Positions 1-12,091 of a stretch of DNA of 64,000 bases are shown one piece after another. Source of the stretch: Escherichia coli. Lineage in GTDB: Bacteria > Pseudomonadota > Gammaproteobacteria > Enterobacterales > Enterobacteriaceae. Both the position numbers and the translations under genes were made by a program. Position 1 is the first letter of the stretch. Each line of letters opens with the position of its first letter. The DNA lies in assembly GCF_044647545.1 (NCBI RefSeq), contig NZ_CP172818.1, one strand, 5' to 3'. The notes below the pieces were generated by a model, which did not search any database, had not been told where the DNA came from, and saw nothing but the letters and a program-made list of their open reading frames with translations.

Positions 1-627
1 GGGATCGTGCCGCGCGTTCCGCCTATCGACGGGATCGATCATCCGAAGGTATTGAGTTATCTCGATGTACTGCGCGACAAAGCGCCGGTGGGCAACAAAG
101 TTGCCATCATCGGTTGTGGCGGAATTGGTTTTGATACGGCGATGTATTTAAGTCAGCCGGGCGAATCCACCAGCCAGAATATCGCCGGGTTCTGTAATGA
201 GTGGGGAATCGACAGTAGCCTGCAACAGGCCGGAGGTTTGAGTCCGCAAGGCATGCAAATCCCCCGTAGCCCACGGCAGATTGTGATGCTCCAGCGCAAA
301 GCCAGCAAACCAGGACAAGGGTTAGGCAAAACCACCGGCTGGATCCATCGCACCACCCTGCTCTCGCGCGGCGTGAAAATGATCCCAGGCGTAAGTTACC
401 AGAAGATCGACGATGACGGGCTGCATGTAGTGATCAACGGCGAAACGCAGGTACTAGCAGTGGACAATGTGGTGATCTGCGCGGGGCAAGAGCCAAACCG
501 CGCATTGGCGCAACCGCTGATTGATAGTGGGAAAACCGTGCATTTAATTGGCGGCTGCGATGTAGCTATGGAGCTGGACGCACGGCGGGCAATTGCCCAG
601 GGAACACGGCTGGCGCTGGAGATTTAA
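1..627 (+). CDS. fadH: 2,4-dienoyl-CoA reductase, C-terminal part (5' end lies outside the window)
   Basis: ORF open from window start; translation ends ...DARRAIAQGTRLALEI, matching the FadH C-terminus; followed by a palindromic REP-like hairpin. Confidence 0.85.
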   Translation, partial: GIVPRVPPIDGIDHPKVLSYLDVLRDKAPVGNKVAIIGCGGIGFDTAMYLSQPGESTSQNIAGFCNEWGIDSSLQQAGGLSPQGMQIPRSPRQIVMLQRKASKPGQGLGKTTGWIHRTTLLSRGVKMIPGVSYQKIDDDGLHVVINGETQVLAVDNVVICAGQEPNRALAQPLIDSGKTVHLIGGCDVAMELDARRAIAQGTRLALEI

Positions 628-640
628 ATCGTTGTTTGAA

Positions 641-665
641 GCGCCGGATGCGACGCATCCGGCAC
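641..665. repeat. REP-like palindromic element / hairpin downstream of fadH
   Basis: gccggatgcg-a-cgcatccggc near-perfect inverted repeat. Confidence 0.5.
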
Positions 666-671
666 GTCGCG

Positions 672-1088
672 TTAATCAATAAACAAGGCGGGAGAAATAC
701 CGAATCGCGTTGCCAGTTTTTTAGCGTGTTCCAGCGTTAATTTCCTCTTCCCGCTCAAAACGCGTGACACCATCGATTTACTGCCTATTTCCGGAAGATC
801 GGAAAGGGTTAAACCATATTGATCCATAAGGGTACGAATCACGGCTATACCGCCAGGCATGGCTTGAGCCATGGCATTAAATTCCACAAATTCGGGCGCT
901 GATTCTTCCCACGCGGTTATTTTGGCACACACCAGATCCAGTAAGGGGTTTTCAGGATCGTTGAGCAGCAGATGATCTACCAGTTCCAGCGCCTGGGTGT
1001 ATTGTTCCTCGTTCTGAATACCCGCCAGAAAAGGTGCCACAGCAGTTAGCTTTTCTCCTGCTTGCAAGATGTCGGCAATCGCAATCAT
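672..1088 (-). CDS. higA: HigA antitoxin (XRE-type HTH)
   Basis: 138 aa ORF; start ATG overlaps the stop of the upstream toxin reading frame (ATGA). Confidence 0.85.
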   Translation of the reverse strand: MIAIADILQAGEKLTAVAPFLAGIQNEEQYTQALELVDHLLLNDPENPLLDLVCAKITAWEESAPEFVEFNAMAQAMPGGIAVIRTLMDQYGLTLSDLPEIGSKSMVSRVLSGKRKLTLEHAKKLATRFGISPALFID

Positions 1089-1398
1089 TTTTTCCCCTTA
1101 GTACGATGAACGGCGGTAAAGAAATCGTATTCTTTATGCGTCATAACTTCACGTATGTAGCACTTTTGCGATTCAAAAAAGACCATTGCTACAACACGTA
1201 ATTCATTGCCCCGACATTGAAAACATAATGCTTATCCAGATATTTGAAGTTATCCAGAGAAGGGAATACTGCTTTTAATGACTCAGGTTTTTTGAAATAT
1301 CCCTTAGCAATCGTGTTCCCCAGAGCCACCAACTCCGTTTTATGTTGCGGGTATTTTTCCGCAGCATCTTTCAATGCTTTTTGAGTTATCAGGTGCAT
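1085..1398 (-). pseudogene. higB: HigB toxin (RelE/ParE-like) disrupted by a -1 frameshift
   Basis: N-terminal 66 residues in one frame (ORF 1189-1398, MHLITQKALKDAAEKYPQHK...), remainder (NELRVVAMVFFESQKCYIREVMTHKEYDFFTAVHRTKGKK) in a second frame ending in the ATGA overlap with higA; frames switch at a C4 run 1209-1212. Confidence 0.7.
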
Positions 1399-1410
1399 TC
1401 TTCATCACGT

Positions 1411-1457
1411 CCGTTGACAAATTGGCAATATGATAACATCCGTTGACAGATTGGCAA
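1411..1457. promoter_or_regulatory. Two 18-bp imperfect direct repeats upstream of higB; putative HigA operator/promoter
   Basis: ccgttgacaaattggcaa (1411-1428) and ccgttgacagattggcaa (1440-1457), each a near-palindrome, immediately upstream of the higB start. Confidence 0.4.
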
Positions 1458-1570
1458 CGAATGAATTTATCTGTGTGACGGAAGAATAAACGTAGAAAAA
1501 CGCTAAACAAGAGAATGTAGAGGATGGTGACAGGAATTTTTTGTTTTATGGAAGCGCGATTCCAGAACTG

Positions 1571-1670
1571 GGCAGACATTGCCGGATGCGACGCTTGCCG
1601 CGTCTTATCCGACCTGGGGGTAATGTGCTGAACGTATGCCGGATAAGGCGTTTACGCCGCATCCGGCAGG
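1571..1670. repeat. REP/BIME cluster
   Basis: gccggatgcgacgc ... gccggataaggcgtttacgccgcatccggca motifs typical of E. coli REP elements. Confidence 0.7.
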
Positions 1671-1682
1671 TAACCCCCAATC

Positions 1683-2819
1683 TTACCGACGACGCCCCAG
1701 CTTCACTGCTTTCAGCACCACAAATTTATTATTCGTGGCGATGGTGGTGCAGTTGCCGAAAATTTTCTTCAGTTTATGGAAGTAATCCAGGTGACGGTTG
1801 GCAACGATATACAGCTCGCCGTTGATTTTCAGGCAGCGGCGGGCGTGGTGGAACATCTCCCAGGCGACGTTATCGGTCAGCGCATGTTGCTGATGAAACG
1901 GCGGGTTGCAGAGCACAGCATTAAAACGGAAAGGCTCCACGCCGGAAAGCGCGTTGTTGATCATAAACTCGCAGCGATCCAGTGCCTCGGGCATGTTGGT
2001 TTCAACGTTCAAACGGCTGGAAGCAACCGCCATCGGTGATTCATCGACAAACACCACTTTCGCCTGCGGGTTTTTATCGAGCAATGTCAGGCCAATAACG
2101 CCATTACCGCAACCGAGATCGACAATCTCACCTTCGAGATTCTCTGGCAGATGTTGCATAAAGAAGCGCGCGCCAATATCCAGCCCGGTGCGGGAGAAGA
2201 CGTTCGCATGGTTGTGGATAGTCCAGTCAGTACCTTCCAGCTTCCAGCTAACGGTCTGCGGCGCATCGGCCAACGGCGGTTCGTTGAAGGTGCAGTTAAT
2301 CAGGCGCGCTTTCTTCCATGCCAGCGTGGTGGTGGTCGGACCGAGCACTTTTTCGAACAGTTCCAGTGTGGAAGTGTGAATGTCACGGGCTTTGGCACCG
2401 GCAATAATACGCGTATCTGGCGTGACCACTTTGCGCAGCGCACGCAGTTGCTGTTCCAGCAATGCCAGTGTTTTCGGCACTTTGATCAGCACCACACCCG
2501 GCTGTTGCGGGTAGTCGGCGGTGCTGTCGAGAAACTTCACGCTCGACTCATCAATCCCGTTGAGGCGTAAATTCTCGCGCGTGGCCAGTTCACTGATGTA
2601 TGAGTCACCAATGCTGTAGGGCTTATGTTCCGCCAGCGCACAGCTTAACGCACCAAAAGCATCATTCAGGATTAACACCAGGCCGCGGATCTCTGTGTCG
2701 TCCAACTGTTGCAGCAAATATTCATCCGCCGCTTCCCACGCCTGTAGCGGGTTAACGTCATCCGTCGCCGGAAAACGTTGTAGTGTCAGTGAACGGAAAC
2801 CGTTGTCTAAGTGGCTCAT
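1683..2819 (-). CDS. rlmG: 23S rRNA m2G1835 methyltransferase
   Basis: 378 aa ORF; class I methyltransferase motifs ([16 protein letters not shown]). Confidence 0.9.
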   Translation of the reverse strand: MSHLDNGFRSLTLQRFPATDDVNPLQAWEAADEYLLQQLDDTEIRGLVLILNDAFGALSCALAEHKPYSIGDSYISELATRENLRLNGIDESSVKFLDSTADYPQQPGVVLIKVPKTLALLEQQLRALRKVVTPDTRIIAGAKARDIHTSTLELFEKVLGPTTTTLAWKKARLINCTFNEPPLADAPQTVSWKLEGTDWTIHNHANVFSRTGLDIGARFFMQHLPENLEGEIVDLGCGNGVIGLTLLDKNPQAKVVFVDESPMAVASSRLNVETNMPEALDRCEFMINNALSGVEPFRFNAVLCNPPFHQQHALTDNVAWEMFHHARRCLKINGELYIVANRHLDYFHKLKKIFGNCTTIATNNKFVVLKAVKLGRRR

Positions 2820-2903
2820 CGGCCCTCCTGAATGATAAAATTTCGACGTTGCCCCTGAAAAGGGTGCGTGAGTATACCCTTTTTCTCTTTTTCGTGGGCG
2901 GTT

Positions 2904-3407
2904 ATGAGCAATCTTACTTATCTTCAGGGTTATCCCGAGCAGCTACTTTCCCAGGTGCGAACGCTGATTAACGAACAGCGTCTGGGCGATGTGCTGGCAA
3001 AACGTTATCCGGGAACACACGACTACGCCACCGATAAAGCCCTCTGGCAATATACTCAGGATCTTAAAAATCAGTTTCTGCGCAATGCCCCGCCGATCAA
3101 TAAAGTGATGTATGACAATAAGATCCACGTGCTGAAAAACGCGCTCGGATTACATACTGCCGTTTCGCGTGTGCAGGGCGGCAAGCTGAAAGCAAAAGCA
3201 GAGATCCGCGTCGCTACCGTGTTTCGCAACGCGCCGGAACCGTTTTTGCGCATGATCGTGGTGCACGAGCTGGCGCACCTGAAGGAGAAAGAGCATAACA
3301 AAGCGTTTTACCAGTTGTGCTGTCATATGGAACCGCAGTACCACCAGCTTGAGTTCGACACCCGGCTGTGGCTAACGCAGTTGTCGCTTGGGCAGGACAA
3401 AATCTGA
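2904..3407 (+). CDS. ygjP: Putative metal-dependent hydrolase (DUF45/WLM-like, HExxH)
   Basis: ORF with internal start [11 protein letters not shown] giving 167 aa; HELAHL motif. Confidence 0.8.
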   Translation: MSNLTYLQGYPEQLLSQVRTLINEQRLGDVLAKRYPGTHDYATDKALWQYTQDLKNQFLRNAPPINKVMYDNKIHVLKNALGLHTAVSRVQGGKLKAKAEIRVATVFRNAPEPFLRMIVVHELAHLKEKEHNKAFYQLCCHMEPQYHQLEFDTRLWLTQLSLGQDKI

Positions 3408-3483
3408 AAATGATGTCAGGCGTTATTTTTTCCTCCTTTAGCGCCTAAAATCGACCTCCTCCCTTTCGTTAAGGATAACGACC

Positions 3484-4176
3484 ATGCTGCGCGCATTTGC
3501 CCGCCTTCTTCTTCGTATTTGTTTTTCTCGCCGGACTCTTAAAATTGGCTGTTTATTGTTGCTTATAGCAGGAGCGACCATTTTTATTGCCGATCGCGTT
3601 ATGGTCAACGCCAGCAAGCAGCTGACCTGGAGTGATGTCAACGCCGTTCCGGCGCGGAACGTGGGTTTATTGCTGGGGGCGAGGCCGGGTAATCGCTACT
3701 TTACCCGACGTATTGATAGCGCCGCAGAGTTGTACCACGCCGGAAAAGTGAAATGGCTATTGGTGAGCGGCGATAATGGACGTAAAAATTACGATGAAGC
3801 GTCAGGAATGCAGCAAGCCTTGATCGCTAAAGGCGTACCGGCAAAAGCCATCTTCTGCGACTATGCCGGATTCTCAACGCTTGATTCGGTGGTGCGTGCC
3901 AACAAGGTGTTTAGTGAAAACCATATCACCATTATCTCGCAAGAATTTCATAACCAACGCGCCATCTGGCTGGCAAAACAGTATGGTATCGATGCTATCG
4001 GTTTTAACGCGCCAGACCTGAATATGAAGCACGGTTTATATACTCAACTGCGGGAAAAACTTGCCAGAGTCAGCGCGGTGATTGATGCGAAAATCCTCCA
4101 TCGCCAGCCGAAATATCTCGGGCCGTTGGTTATGATTGGGCCGTTTAGTGAGCATGGCTGTCCGGCAAAAGAATAA
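3484..4176 (+). CDS. ygjQ: DUF218 (ElyC/SanA-like) family protein
   Basis: 230 aa ORF with N-terminal hydrophobic segment. Confidence 0.8.
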   Translation: MLRAFARLLLRICFSRRTLKIGCLLLLIAGATIFIADRVMVNASKQLTWSDVNAVPARNVGLLLGARPGNRYFTRRIDSAAELYHAGKVKWLLVSGDNGRKNYDEASGMQQALIAKGVPAKAIFCDYAGFSTLDSVVRANKVFSENHITIISQEFHNQRAIWLAKQYGIDAIGFNAPDLNMKHGLYTQLREKLARVSAVIDAKILHRQPKYLGPLVMIGPFSEHGCPAKE

Positions 4177-4254
4177 TGCGTATCTGCGCACGTCGAAGAT
4201 AAAAAAGGCGTGCTACAGTGACGACAGAATCCCTTTATGGAGTATCCACGCGTT

Positions 4255-5241
4255 ATGATACGTTTCGCTGTGATTGGTACGAACTGGATCACTCGCCAGT
4301 TCGTCGAGGCCGCCCATGAGAGCGGTAAATACAAGTTAACCGCCGTCTATTCCCGCAGCCTTGAACAGGCCCAGCACTTCGCCAATGATTTTTCTGTCGA
4401 GCATCTGTTTACGTCGCTGGAAGCGATGGCAGAAAGCGATGCCATTGACGCGGTGTATATTGCCAGCCCAAATTCCCTGCACTTTTCCCAGACACAACTT
4501 TTCCTTAGTCACAAAATTCATGTGATTTGCGAGAAGCCACTGGCGTCGAATCAGGCGGAAGTGGATGCCGCCATTGCCTGTGCGCGGGAAAATCAGGTGG
4601 TGCTGTTTGAGGCATTTAAAACGGCCTACCTGCCGAACTTTCATCTGTTACGCCAGGCGCTGCCGAAAGTCGGCAAACTGCGTAAAGTCTTTTTCAACTA
4701 TTGCCAGTATTCCTCGCGGTATCAGCGTTACCTGGACGGAGAGAATCCCAACACCTTCAATCCGGCATTCTCCAACGGTTCGATTATGGATATCGGCTTT
4801 TACTGCCTGGCGTCGGCGGTGGCATTATTCGGTGAACCGAAAAGCGTGCAGGCAACCGCCAGTTTGCTGGCAAGCGGTGTGGATGCCCACGGCGTGGTGG
4901 TGATGGATTACGGTGATTTCAGCGTTACGTTGCAGCACTCAAAAGTGAGCGATTCTGTCCTGGCAAGCGAGATTCAGGGCGAAGCGGGATCGCTGGTGAT
5001 TGAAAAACTCTCTGAATGCCAGAAAGTCTGCTTTGTACCGCGTGGCAGCCAGATGCAGGATCTCACCCAGCCACAGCATATTAATACCATGCTCTACGAA
5101 GCAGAGCTGTTCGCTACCCTGGTGGATGAGCATCTGGTGAATCATCCAGGGCTGGCGGTCAGTCGTATCACCGCCAAACTGCTGACTGAGATCCGCCGCC
5201 AGACTGGGGTGATTTTTCCGGCAGATAACGTAAAACTATAA
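4255..5241 (+). CDS. ygjR: Gfo/Idh/MocA-family NAD(P)-dependent oxidoreductase
   Basis: Start chosen at MIRFAVIGTNWI (Rossmann GxGxxG-like N-terminus), 328 aa. Confidence 0.8.
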   Translation: MIRFAVIGTNWITRQFVEAAHESGKYKLTAVYSRSLEQAQHFANDFSVEHLFTSLEAMAESDAIDAVYIASPNSLHFSQTQLFLSHKIHVICEKPLASNQAEVDAAIACARENQVVLFEAFKTAYLPNFHLLRQALPKVGKLRKVFFNYCQYSSRYQRYLDGENPNTFNPAFSNGSIMDIGFYCLASAVALFGEPKSVQATASLLASGVDAHGVVVMDYGDFSVTLQHSKVSDSVLASEIQGEAGSLVIEKLSECQKVCFVPRGSQMQDLTQPQHINTMLYEAELFATLVDEHLVNHPGLAVSRITAKLLTEIRRQTGVIFPADNVKL

Positions 5242-5289
5242 TTGCCAAAGTAAAACAGTGTAAAAGGTATGTAACAGACCATTGACTGA

Positions 5290-5523
5290 CTGAATGGTCT
5301 GTCATACTTTGTTACCTGCAAAGGGGAGTAACTTCATTGTCGGTCGATCGTCATTACGATGTGTGAAAAACCACATCCGGTCACCGGGCAACCCGAAAGG
5401 AATACGCAGACGTATTCCTTTTTTGTTGTAAGTGAGACCTTGCCGGAAGGCGAGGTCTATGCATAAAAAGCAGCGGCTGACGTCTTCCGACGTTGGCCGT
5501 TTTTTTATGTGTAAGGAACTTCT
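5290..5523 (+). promoter_or_regulatory. alx 5' leader (yybP-ykoY-type Mn/pH-responsive leader with hairpin+U-run attenuators)
   Basis: Long untranslated leader before alx; hairpin aggaatacg-caga-cgtattcct followed by a T run at 5398-5426, and a second hairpin + T7 near 5465-5493. Confidence 0.5.
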
Positions 5524-6489
5524 ATGAATACTGTCGGCACGCCGTTGCTATGGGGCGGATTCGCTGTTGTTGTCACCATTATGCTGGCTATCGACCTGTT
5601 GTTGCAGGGGCGTCGTGGGGCACATGCCATGACCATGAAACAGGCTGCGGCCTGGTCGCTGGTCTGGGTGACGCTGTCGTTACTGTTTAACGCCGCTTTC
5701 TGGTGGTATCTGGTGCAAACCGAAGGTCGCGCCGTTGCCGATCCACAGGCACTGGCCTTTCTCACGGGTTATCTGATTGAGAAATCGCTGGCGGTCGATA
5801 ACGTCTTTGTCTGGCTGATGTTGTTCAGCTATTTCTCTGTTCCGGCGGCATTACAACGTCGCGTGCTGGTGTATGGCGTGCTTGGGGCGATTGTTCTGCG
5901 TACCATCATGATCTTCACTGGTAGCTGGCTGATTTCACAGTTCGACTGGATCTTGTATATCTTCGGTGCCTTCCTGCTGTTTACCGGCGTGAAGATGGCG
6001 CTGGCTCATGAAGATGAATCAGGCATTGGCGACAAGCCGCTGGTGCGCTGGCTACGCGGTCATTTACGCATGACCGACACCATCGACAACGAGCATTTCT
6101 TTGTGCGTAAGAATGGTTTGTTGTATGCCACGCCGCTGATGCTGGTGCTGATTCTGGTGGAGTTGAGCGACGTGATTTTCGCCGTGGATAGTATTCCGGC
6201 TATCTTCGCCGTGACCACCGATCCGTTTATTGTGCTGACCTCAAACCTGTTTGCGATCCTCGGCCTGCGTGCGATGTATTTCCTGCTGGCAGGTGTGGCA
6301 GAGCGTTTCTCGATGCTCAAATATGGTCTGGCGGTGATTCTGGTGTTTATCGGTATCAAGATGCTGATTGTCGACTTCTACCATATTCCGATCGCCGTCT
6401 CGCTGGGCGTGGTGTTTGGCATTCTGGTGATGACGTTTATTATCAACGCCTGGGTGAATTATCGGCATGATAAGCAGCGGGTAGAATAA
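5524..6489 (+). CDS. alx: TerC-family inner membrane protein (putative Mn exporter)
   Basis: 321 aa multi-pass membrane ORF. Confidence 0.9.
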   Translation: MNTVGTPLLWGGFAVVVTIMLAIDLLLQGRRGAHAMTMKQAAAWSLVWVTLSLLFNAAFWWYLVQTEGRAVADPQALAFLTGYLIEKSLAVDNVFVWLMLFSYFSVPAALQRRVLVYGVLGAIVLRTIMIFTGSWLISQFDWILYIFGAFLLFTGVKMALAHEDESGIGDKPLVRWLRGHLRMTDTIDNEHFFVRKNGLLYATPLMLVLILVELSDVIFAVDSIPAIFAVTTDPFIVLTSNLFAILGLRAMYFLLAGVAERFSMLKYGLAVILVFIGIKMLIVDFYHIPIAVSLGVVFGILVMTFIINAWVNYRHDKQRVE

Positions 6490-6812
6490 TTTTTAATCTG
6501 CCTAAGCCGTGTACCCTGTCATCAACATGAGCACCGTTTTCTCCCTCTCCCCAAAAGGGGCGAGGGGACTGACCGAGTACTTTTTTGACGTTGTCATCAG
6601 TCTGGAAGCCGCACGTTGGGCTTTATTTTTATGTCAAATAAATGTAACCATTAAGTTGCAAAATATGACCTCTCTTTAAAATCCAGCATTTTTCGCTTCC
6701 CGAAGCTGTAACTTTCCTTATACTCGACCTTGCAAACACTTTGTTACATCCTGAAAGATGCGTCGACAGAACGCACCAGGGATGTGCGACAACACAATGA
6801 AAGGATCGAAAA

Positions 6813-8057
6813 ATGACTACGCAACGTTCACCGGGGCTATTCCGGCGTCTGGCTCATGGCAGCCTGGTAAAACAAATCCTGGTCGGCCTTGTTCTGGGGA
6901 TTCTTCTGGCATGGATCTCAAAACCCGCGGCGGAAGCTGTTGGTCTGTTAGGTACTTTGTTCGTCGGCGCACTGAAAGCCGTTGCCCCCATCCTGGTGTT
7001 GATGCTGGTAATGGCATCTATTGCTAACCACCAGCACGGGCAGAAAACCAATATCCGCCCTATTTTGTTCCTCTATCTGCTGGGCACCTTCTCTGCTGCT
7101 CTGGCCGCAGTAATCTTCAGTTTTGCCTTCCCTTCTACCCTGCACTTGTCCAGTAGCGCGGGTGATATTTCGCCGCCGTCAGGCATTGTAGAAGTAATGC
7201 GCGGGCTGGTAATGAGCATGGTTTCCAACCCCATTGACGCGCTGCTGAAAGGTAACTATATCGGGATCCTGGTGTGGGCAATTGGCCTCGGTTTCGCACT
7301 GCGTCACGGTAACGAGACCACCAAAAACCTGGTCAACGATATGTCGAATGCCGTCACCTTTATGGTGAAACTGGTCATTCGCTTCGCACCGATCGGTATT
7401 TTTGGTCTGGTTTCTTCTACCCTGGCAACCACCGGTTTCTCCACACTGTGGGGCTACGCGCAACTGCTGGTCGTGCTGGTTGGCTGTATGTTACTGGTGG
7501 CGCTGGTGGTTAACCCCTTGCTGGTGTGGTGGAAGATTCGTCGTAACCCGTTCCCGCTGGTGCTGCTGTGCCTGCGCGAAAGCGGCGTGTATGCCTTCTT
7601 CACCCGCAGCTCTGCGGCGAACATTCCGGTGAATATGGCGCTGTGTGAAAAGCTGAATCTGGATCGCGATACCTATTCCGTTTCTATTCCGCTGGGAGCC
7701 ACCATCAATATGGCGGGCGCAGCAATCACCATTACCGTGTTGACGCTGGCTGCGGTTAATACGCTGGGTATTCCGGTTGATCTGCCCACAGCGCTGCTGT
7801 TGAGCGTAGTGGCTTCTCTGTGTGCCTGTGGCGCATCCGGCGTGGCGGGGGGATCTTTGCTGCTGATCCCACTGGCCTGTAATATGTTCGGTATTTCGAA
7901 CGATATCGCCATGCAGGTGGTTGCCGTCGGCTTTATCATCGGCGTATTGCAGGACTCTTGCGAAACCGCGCTGAACTCTTCAACTGACGTGCTGTTCACT
8001 GCGGCAGCTTGCCAGGCGGAAGACGATCGTCTGGCAAATAGCGCCCTGCGTAACTAA
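6813..8057 (+). CDS. sstT: Serine/threonine:Na+ symporter
   Basis: 414 aa ORF, membrane protein. Confidence 0.9.
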   Translation: MTTQRSPGLFRRLAHGSLVKQILVGLVLGILLAWISKPAAEAVGLLGTLFVGALKAVAPILVLMLVMASIANHQHGQKTNIRPILFLYLLGTFSAALAAVIFSFAFPSTLHLSSSAGDISPPSGIVEVMRGLVMSMVSNPIDALLKGNYIGILVWAIGLGFALRHGNETTKNLVNDMSNAVTFMVKLVIRFAPIGIFGLVSSTLATTGFSTLWGYAQLLVVLVGCMLLVALVVNPLLVWWKIRRNPFPLVLLCLRESGVYAFFTRSSAANIPVNMALCEKLNLDRDTYSVSIPLGATINMAGAAITITVLTLAAVNTLGIPVDLPTALLLSVVASLCACGASGVAGGSLLLIPLACNMFGISNDIAMQVVAVGFIIGVLQDSCETALNSSTDVLFTAAACQAEDDRLANSALRN

Positions 8058-8060
8058 TAC

Positions 8061-8612
8061 TTAGCCCCTTTCGTCTACGGCGGAAGGGGTTTTCTCCACT
8101 TTAAACGGATCAATTCCCCTTTTCTGCATCCGCCAGAAACGAATGATATTCAGGCCATTCATTAGCAGAAAACTCCCCTCAATCATCGTGCCGCCTATCG
8201 ACCCCGCCCAGAAGTTGTGAATCACCCAGCAACACGTTGAAAACCACATTACGCAGCGCATGGTCAGCCCTTTACAGCGGAACAGCGCCCAGGTACTGAC
8301 AATCGTGCCGATTACCGGCAGTAGTTCGACAGGATGATGGAACTTCGCGAGGCCAATTCCACCAGTCAGCACAATAAAAATCGCCATTACCCATAAGCTG
8401 CGCGTGCGTAAGGTAATCAATGTACGAATGGCATTAAGGATGGCACTGGCACCGGCAGGATAGGTGCCCAGAAGAAAAAAATGTACGCCAATAACGGCGC
8501 TATAGACCGAAAGTTGCTTTTTGAAGCGACGTTCGTCACGATTGAAAAATGTTGTGATACCAATCAGAAAGGCGATGACACCCACGCCCTGGGCCAGCCA
8601 ATACGCGGTCAT
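8061..8612 (-). CDS. ygjV: Inner membrane protein YgjV
   Basis: 183 aa hydrophobic ORF. Confidence 0.8.
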   Translation of the reverse strand: MTAYWLAQGVGVIAFLIGITTFFNRDERRFKKQLSVYSAVIGVHFFLLGTYPAGASAILNAIRTLITLRTRSLWVMAIFIVLTGGIGLAKFHHPVELLPVIGTIVSTWALFRCKGLTMRCVMWFSTCCWVIHNFWAGSIGGTMIEGSFLLMNGLNIIRFWRMQKRGIDPFKVEKTPSAVDERG

Positions 8613-8640
8613 GATAAATCCTTAGCAGGTATGGAAAAGC

Positions 8641-8676
8641 AAACGGCGCTTCACATTATGAAACGCCGTTTTTTAT
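8641..8676 (-). terminator. Hairpin with flanking A/T runs between ygjV and uxaA (likely uxaCA terminator, possibly bidirectional)
   Basis: aaacggcg...cgccgtttttt. Confidence 0.5.
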
Positions 8677-8694
8677 TAACAACTCATTTCGACT

Positions 8695-10182
8695 TTATAG
8701 CGTTACGCCGCTTTTGAAGATCGCCAGTTCGCGGAAGTCGTTACGCTCGTTGCAGGTTTGTTTACCGTTGGCAAACTCAACGATGGTGTCGATAAATTCT
8801 TCCAGCAACTGCGGCATCGCTTTACCGTGGATCAGCTGACCCGCGTCAAAGTCGATCCAGTGTTTTTTCTTCGCCGCCAGTTCACTGTTGGTGGCGATTT
8901 TCACCGTCGGCACAAATCCACCATACGGCGTACCACGACCAGTACTGAACAGCACCATATGGCAGCCCGCACCCGCCAGGGCGCTGGTCGCTACGGCATC
9001 GTTACCCGGCGCACTTAACAAGTTCAGCCCCGGCGTTTTCAGACGCTCGCCGTAACGCAGCACGTCAACCACGACACTGGAACCCGCTTTCTGGGTACAG
9101 CCAAGCGATTTATCTTCCAGCGTGGTGATACCGCCCGCTTTGTTCCCCGGTGATGGGTTTTCGTAGATCGGCTGGTCATGGGCAATAAAGTACTGTTTGA
9201 AGTCGTTGACCATGGTGACCAGTTTTTCAAACGTTGCTTCGTCGCGGCAATGGTCCATCAGCAACTGCTCTGCGCCAAACATCTCCGGCACTTCGGTCAG
9301 TACGGTAGTACCACCGTTAGCAATCACGTAGTCAGAGAAACGACCGAGCATTGGGTTGGCGGTAATACCGGAAAGACCGTCAGAACCGCCGCACTCCAGA
9401 CCAAACTTCAGTTCGCTGAGTTTGCCCGGCTCGCGCTTGTCGTTGCGCATCACGTTATACAACTGATGCAAATGCGCGATCCCGGCCTCGATTTCATCAT
9501 CCTGCTGTTGGCAGATCATGAAATGAACGCGTTCAGGATCGATATCGCCCAACGTTTCACGGAATGCGGCAACCTGGTTGTTTTCACAGCCCAGACCAAT
9601 CACCAGCACTGCGCCCGCGTTCGGGTGGCGCACCATGTTTTGCAGCATGGTGCGAGTATTGATGTGATCGTCGCCCAGTTGTGAGCAGCCGTAGGTGTGG
9701 CTGAAGAGGAACACGCCGTCGGTACCTTCAGCGTTGTTGGTCTCTTTCAGGAAACGGTTCTGGATCTGCCGCGCGATGCCGTTAACACAACCCACGGTTG
9801 GCAGGATCCACAGCTCATTACGCACCCCGACATCGCCGTTCGCGCGACGATAGATCTGCACTTCACGATCTGCCGCTTGCGCAGGCAGATCCTGAAAATC
9901 AGGTTGATAGCGATACTGATCCAGATCGCTCAGATTCGTGCGCGTATTGTGGGCGTGAACGTGTTCACCCGCCGCAATATCCGCCAATGCATAACCAATC
10001 GGCAGGCCATATTTAATGACGTTGGCCCCTTTTGCGATATCCGTTAACGCAAATTTATGTCCACGAGCAACATCCTGGCGCAGCGTAACAGTCTGGTTAT
10101 CGACACTGACTTCTGTGCCTTCAGCCAAATCCGCTAAAGCAACCGCGACGTTATCCAGCGCATGGATCTTGATGTATTGCAT
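8695..10182 (-). CDS. uxaA: Altronate dehydratase
   Basis: 495 aa ORF. Confidence 0.9.
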   Translation of the reverse strand: MQYIKIHALDNVAVALADLAEGTEVSVDNQTVTLRQDVARGHKFALTDIAKGANVIKYGLPIGYALADIAAGEHVHAHNTRTNLSDLDQYRYQPDFQDLPAQAADREVQIYRRANGDVGVRNELWILPTVGCVNGIARQIQNRFLKETNNAEGTDGVFLFSHTYGCSQLGDDHINTRTMLQNMVRHPNAGAVLVIGLGCENNQVAAFRETLGDIDPERVHFMICQQQDDEIEAGIAHLHQLYNVMRNDKREPGKLSELKFGLECGGSDGLSGITANPMLGRFSDYVIANGGTTVLTEVPEMFGAEQLLMDHCRDEATFEKLVTMVNDFKQYFIAHDQPIYENPSPGNKAGGITTLEDKSLGCTQKAGSSVVVDVLRYGERLKTPGLNLLSAPGNDAVATSALAGAGCHMVLFSTGRGTPYGGFVPTVKIATNSELAAKKKHWIDFDAGQLIHGKAMPQLLEEFIDTIVEFANGKQTCNERNDFRELAIFKSGVTL

Positions 10183-10196
10183 ATCAACCCCAGACC

Positions 10197-11711
<1,515 letters not shown>

Positions 11712-12091
11712 TCAATAAACGTAGTTAAAAAAATTACTCTCAAAGTGGTAAATCTCGCTGCAGGCCGCGCCAGTACTGGCCTCGTGGTCGTCAGGTAATG
11801 TCCCTACAAATATTCGCACATTTGTGATGGCTCTCACCTTTTAAAGTTGTATGACAAGTTATCTTTCTGCCGTCGCAAATCATAAGTCGACGGAATGCAA
11901 ATTGCCGATTCATTCATTTGTTAGATGAATCGGGTTAACCGGTACGGAAGCCGAATTAGCACGAAACTTTCATGGCAACGTTCGGGGCGTGCCGGTTTTT
12001 TTTCGGTTACCCGGTCGTAACTAACATCTTCAGCCTCTGGCGGGATGATGGCCGCGCTTCCTGCGGATATAACAAAACGATGAGGTTTTAC

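Noticed and set aside
1340-1579. 79-aa ORF upstream of higB
   Set aside because: Overlaps the higB 5' end and promoter/REP region in another frame; no support as a gene.
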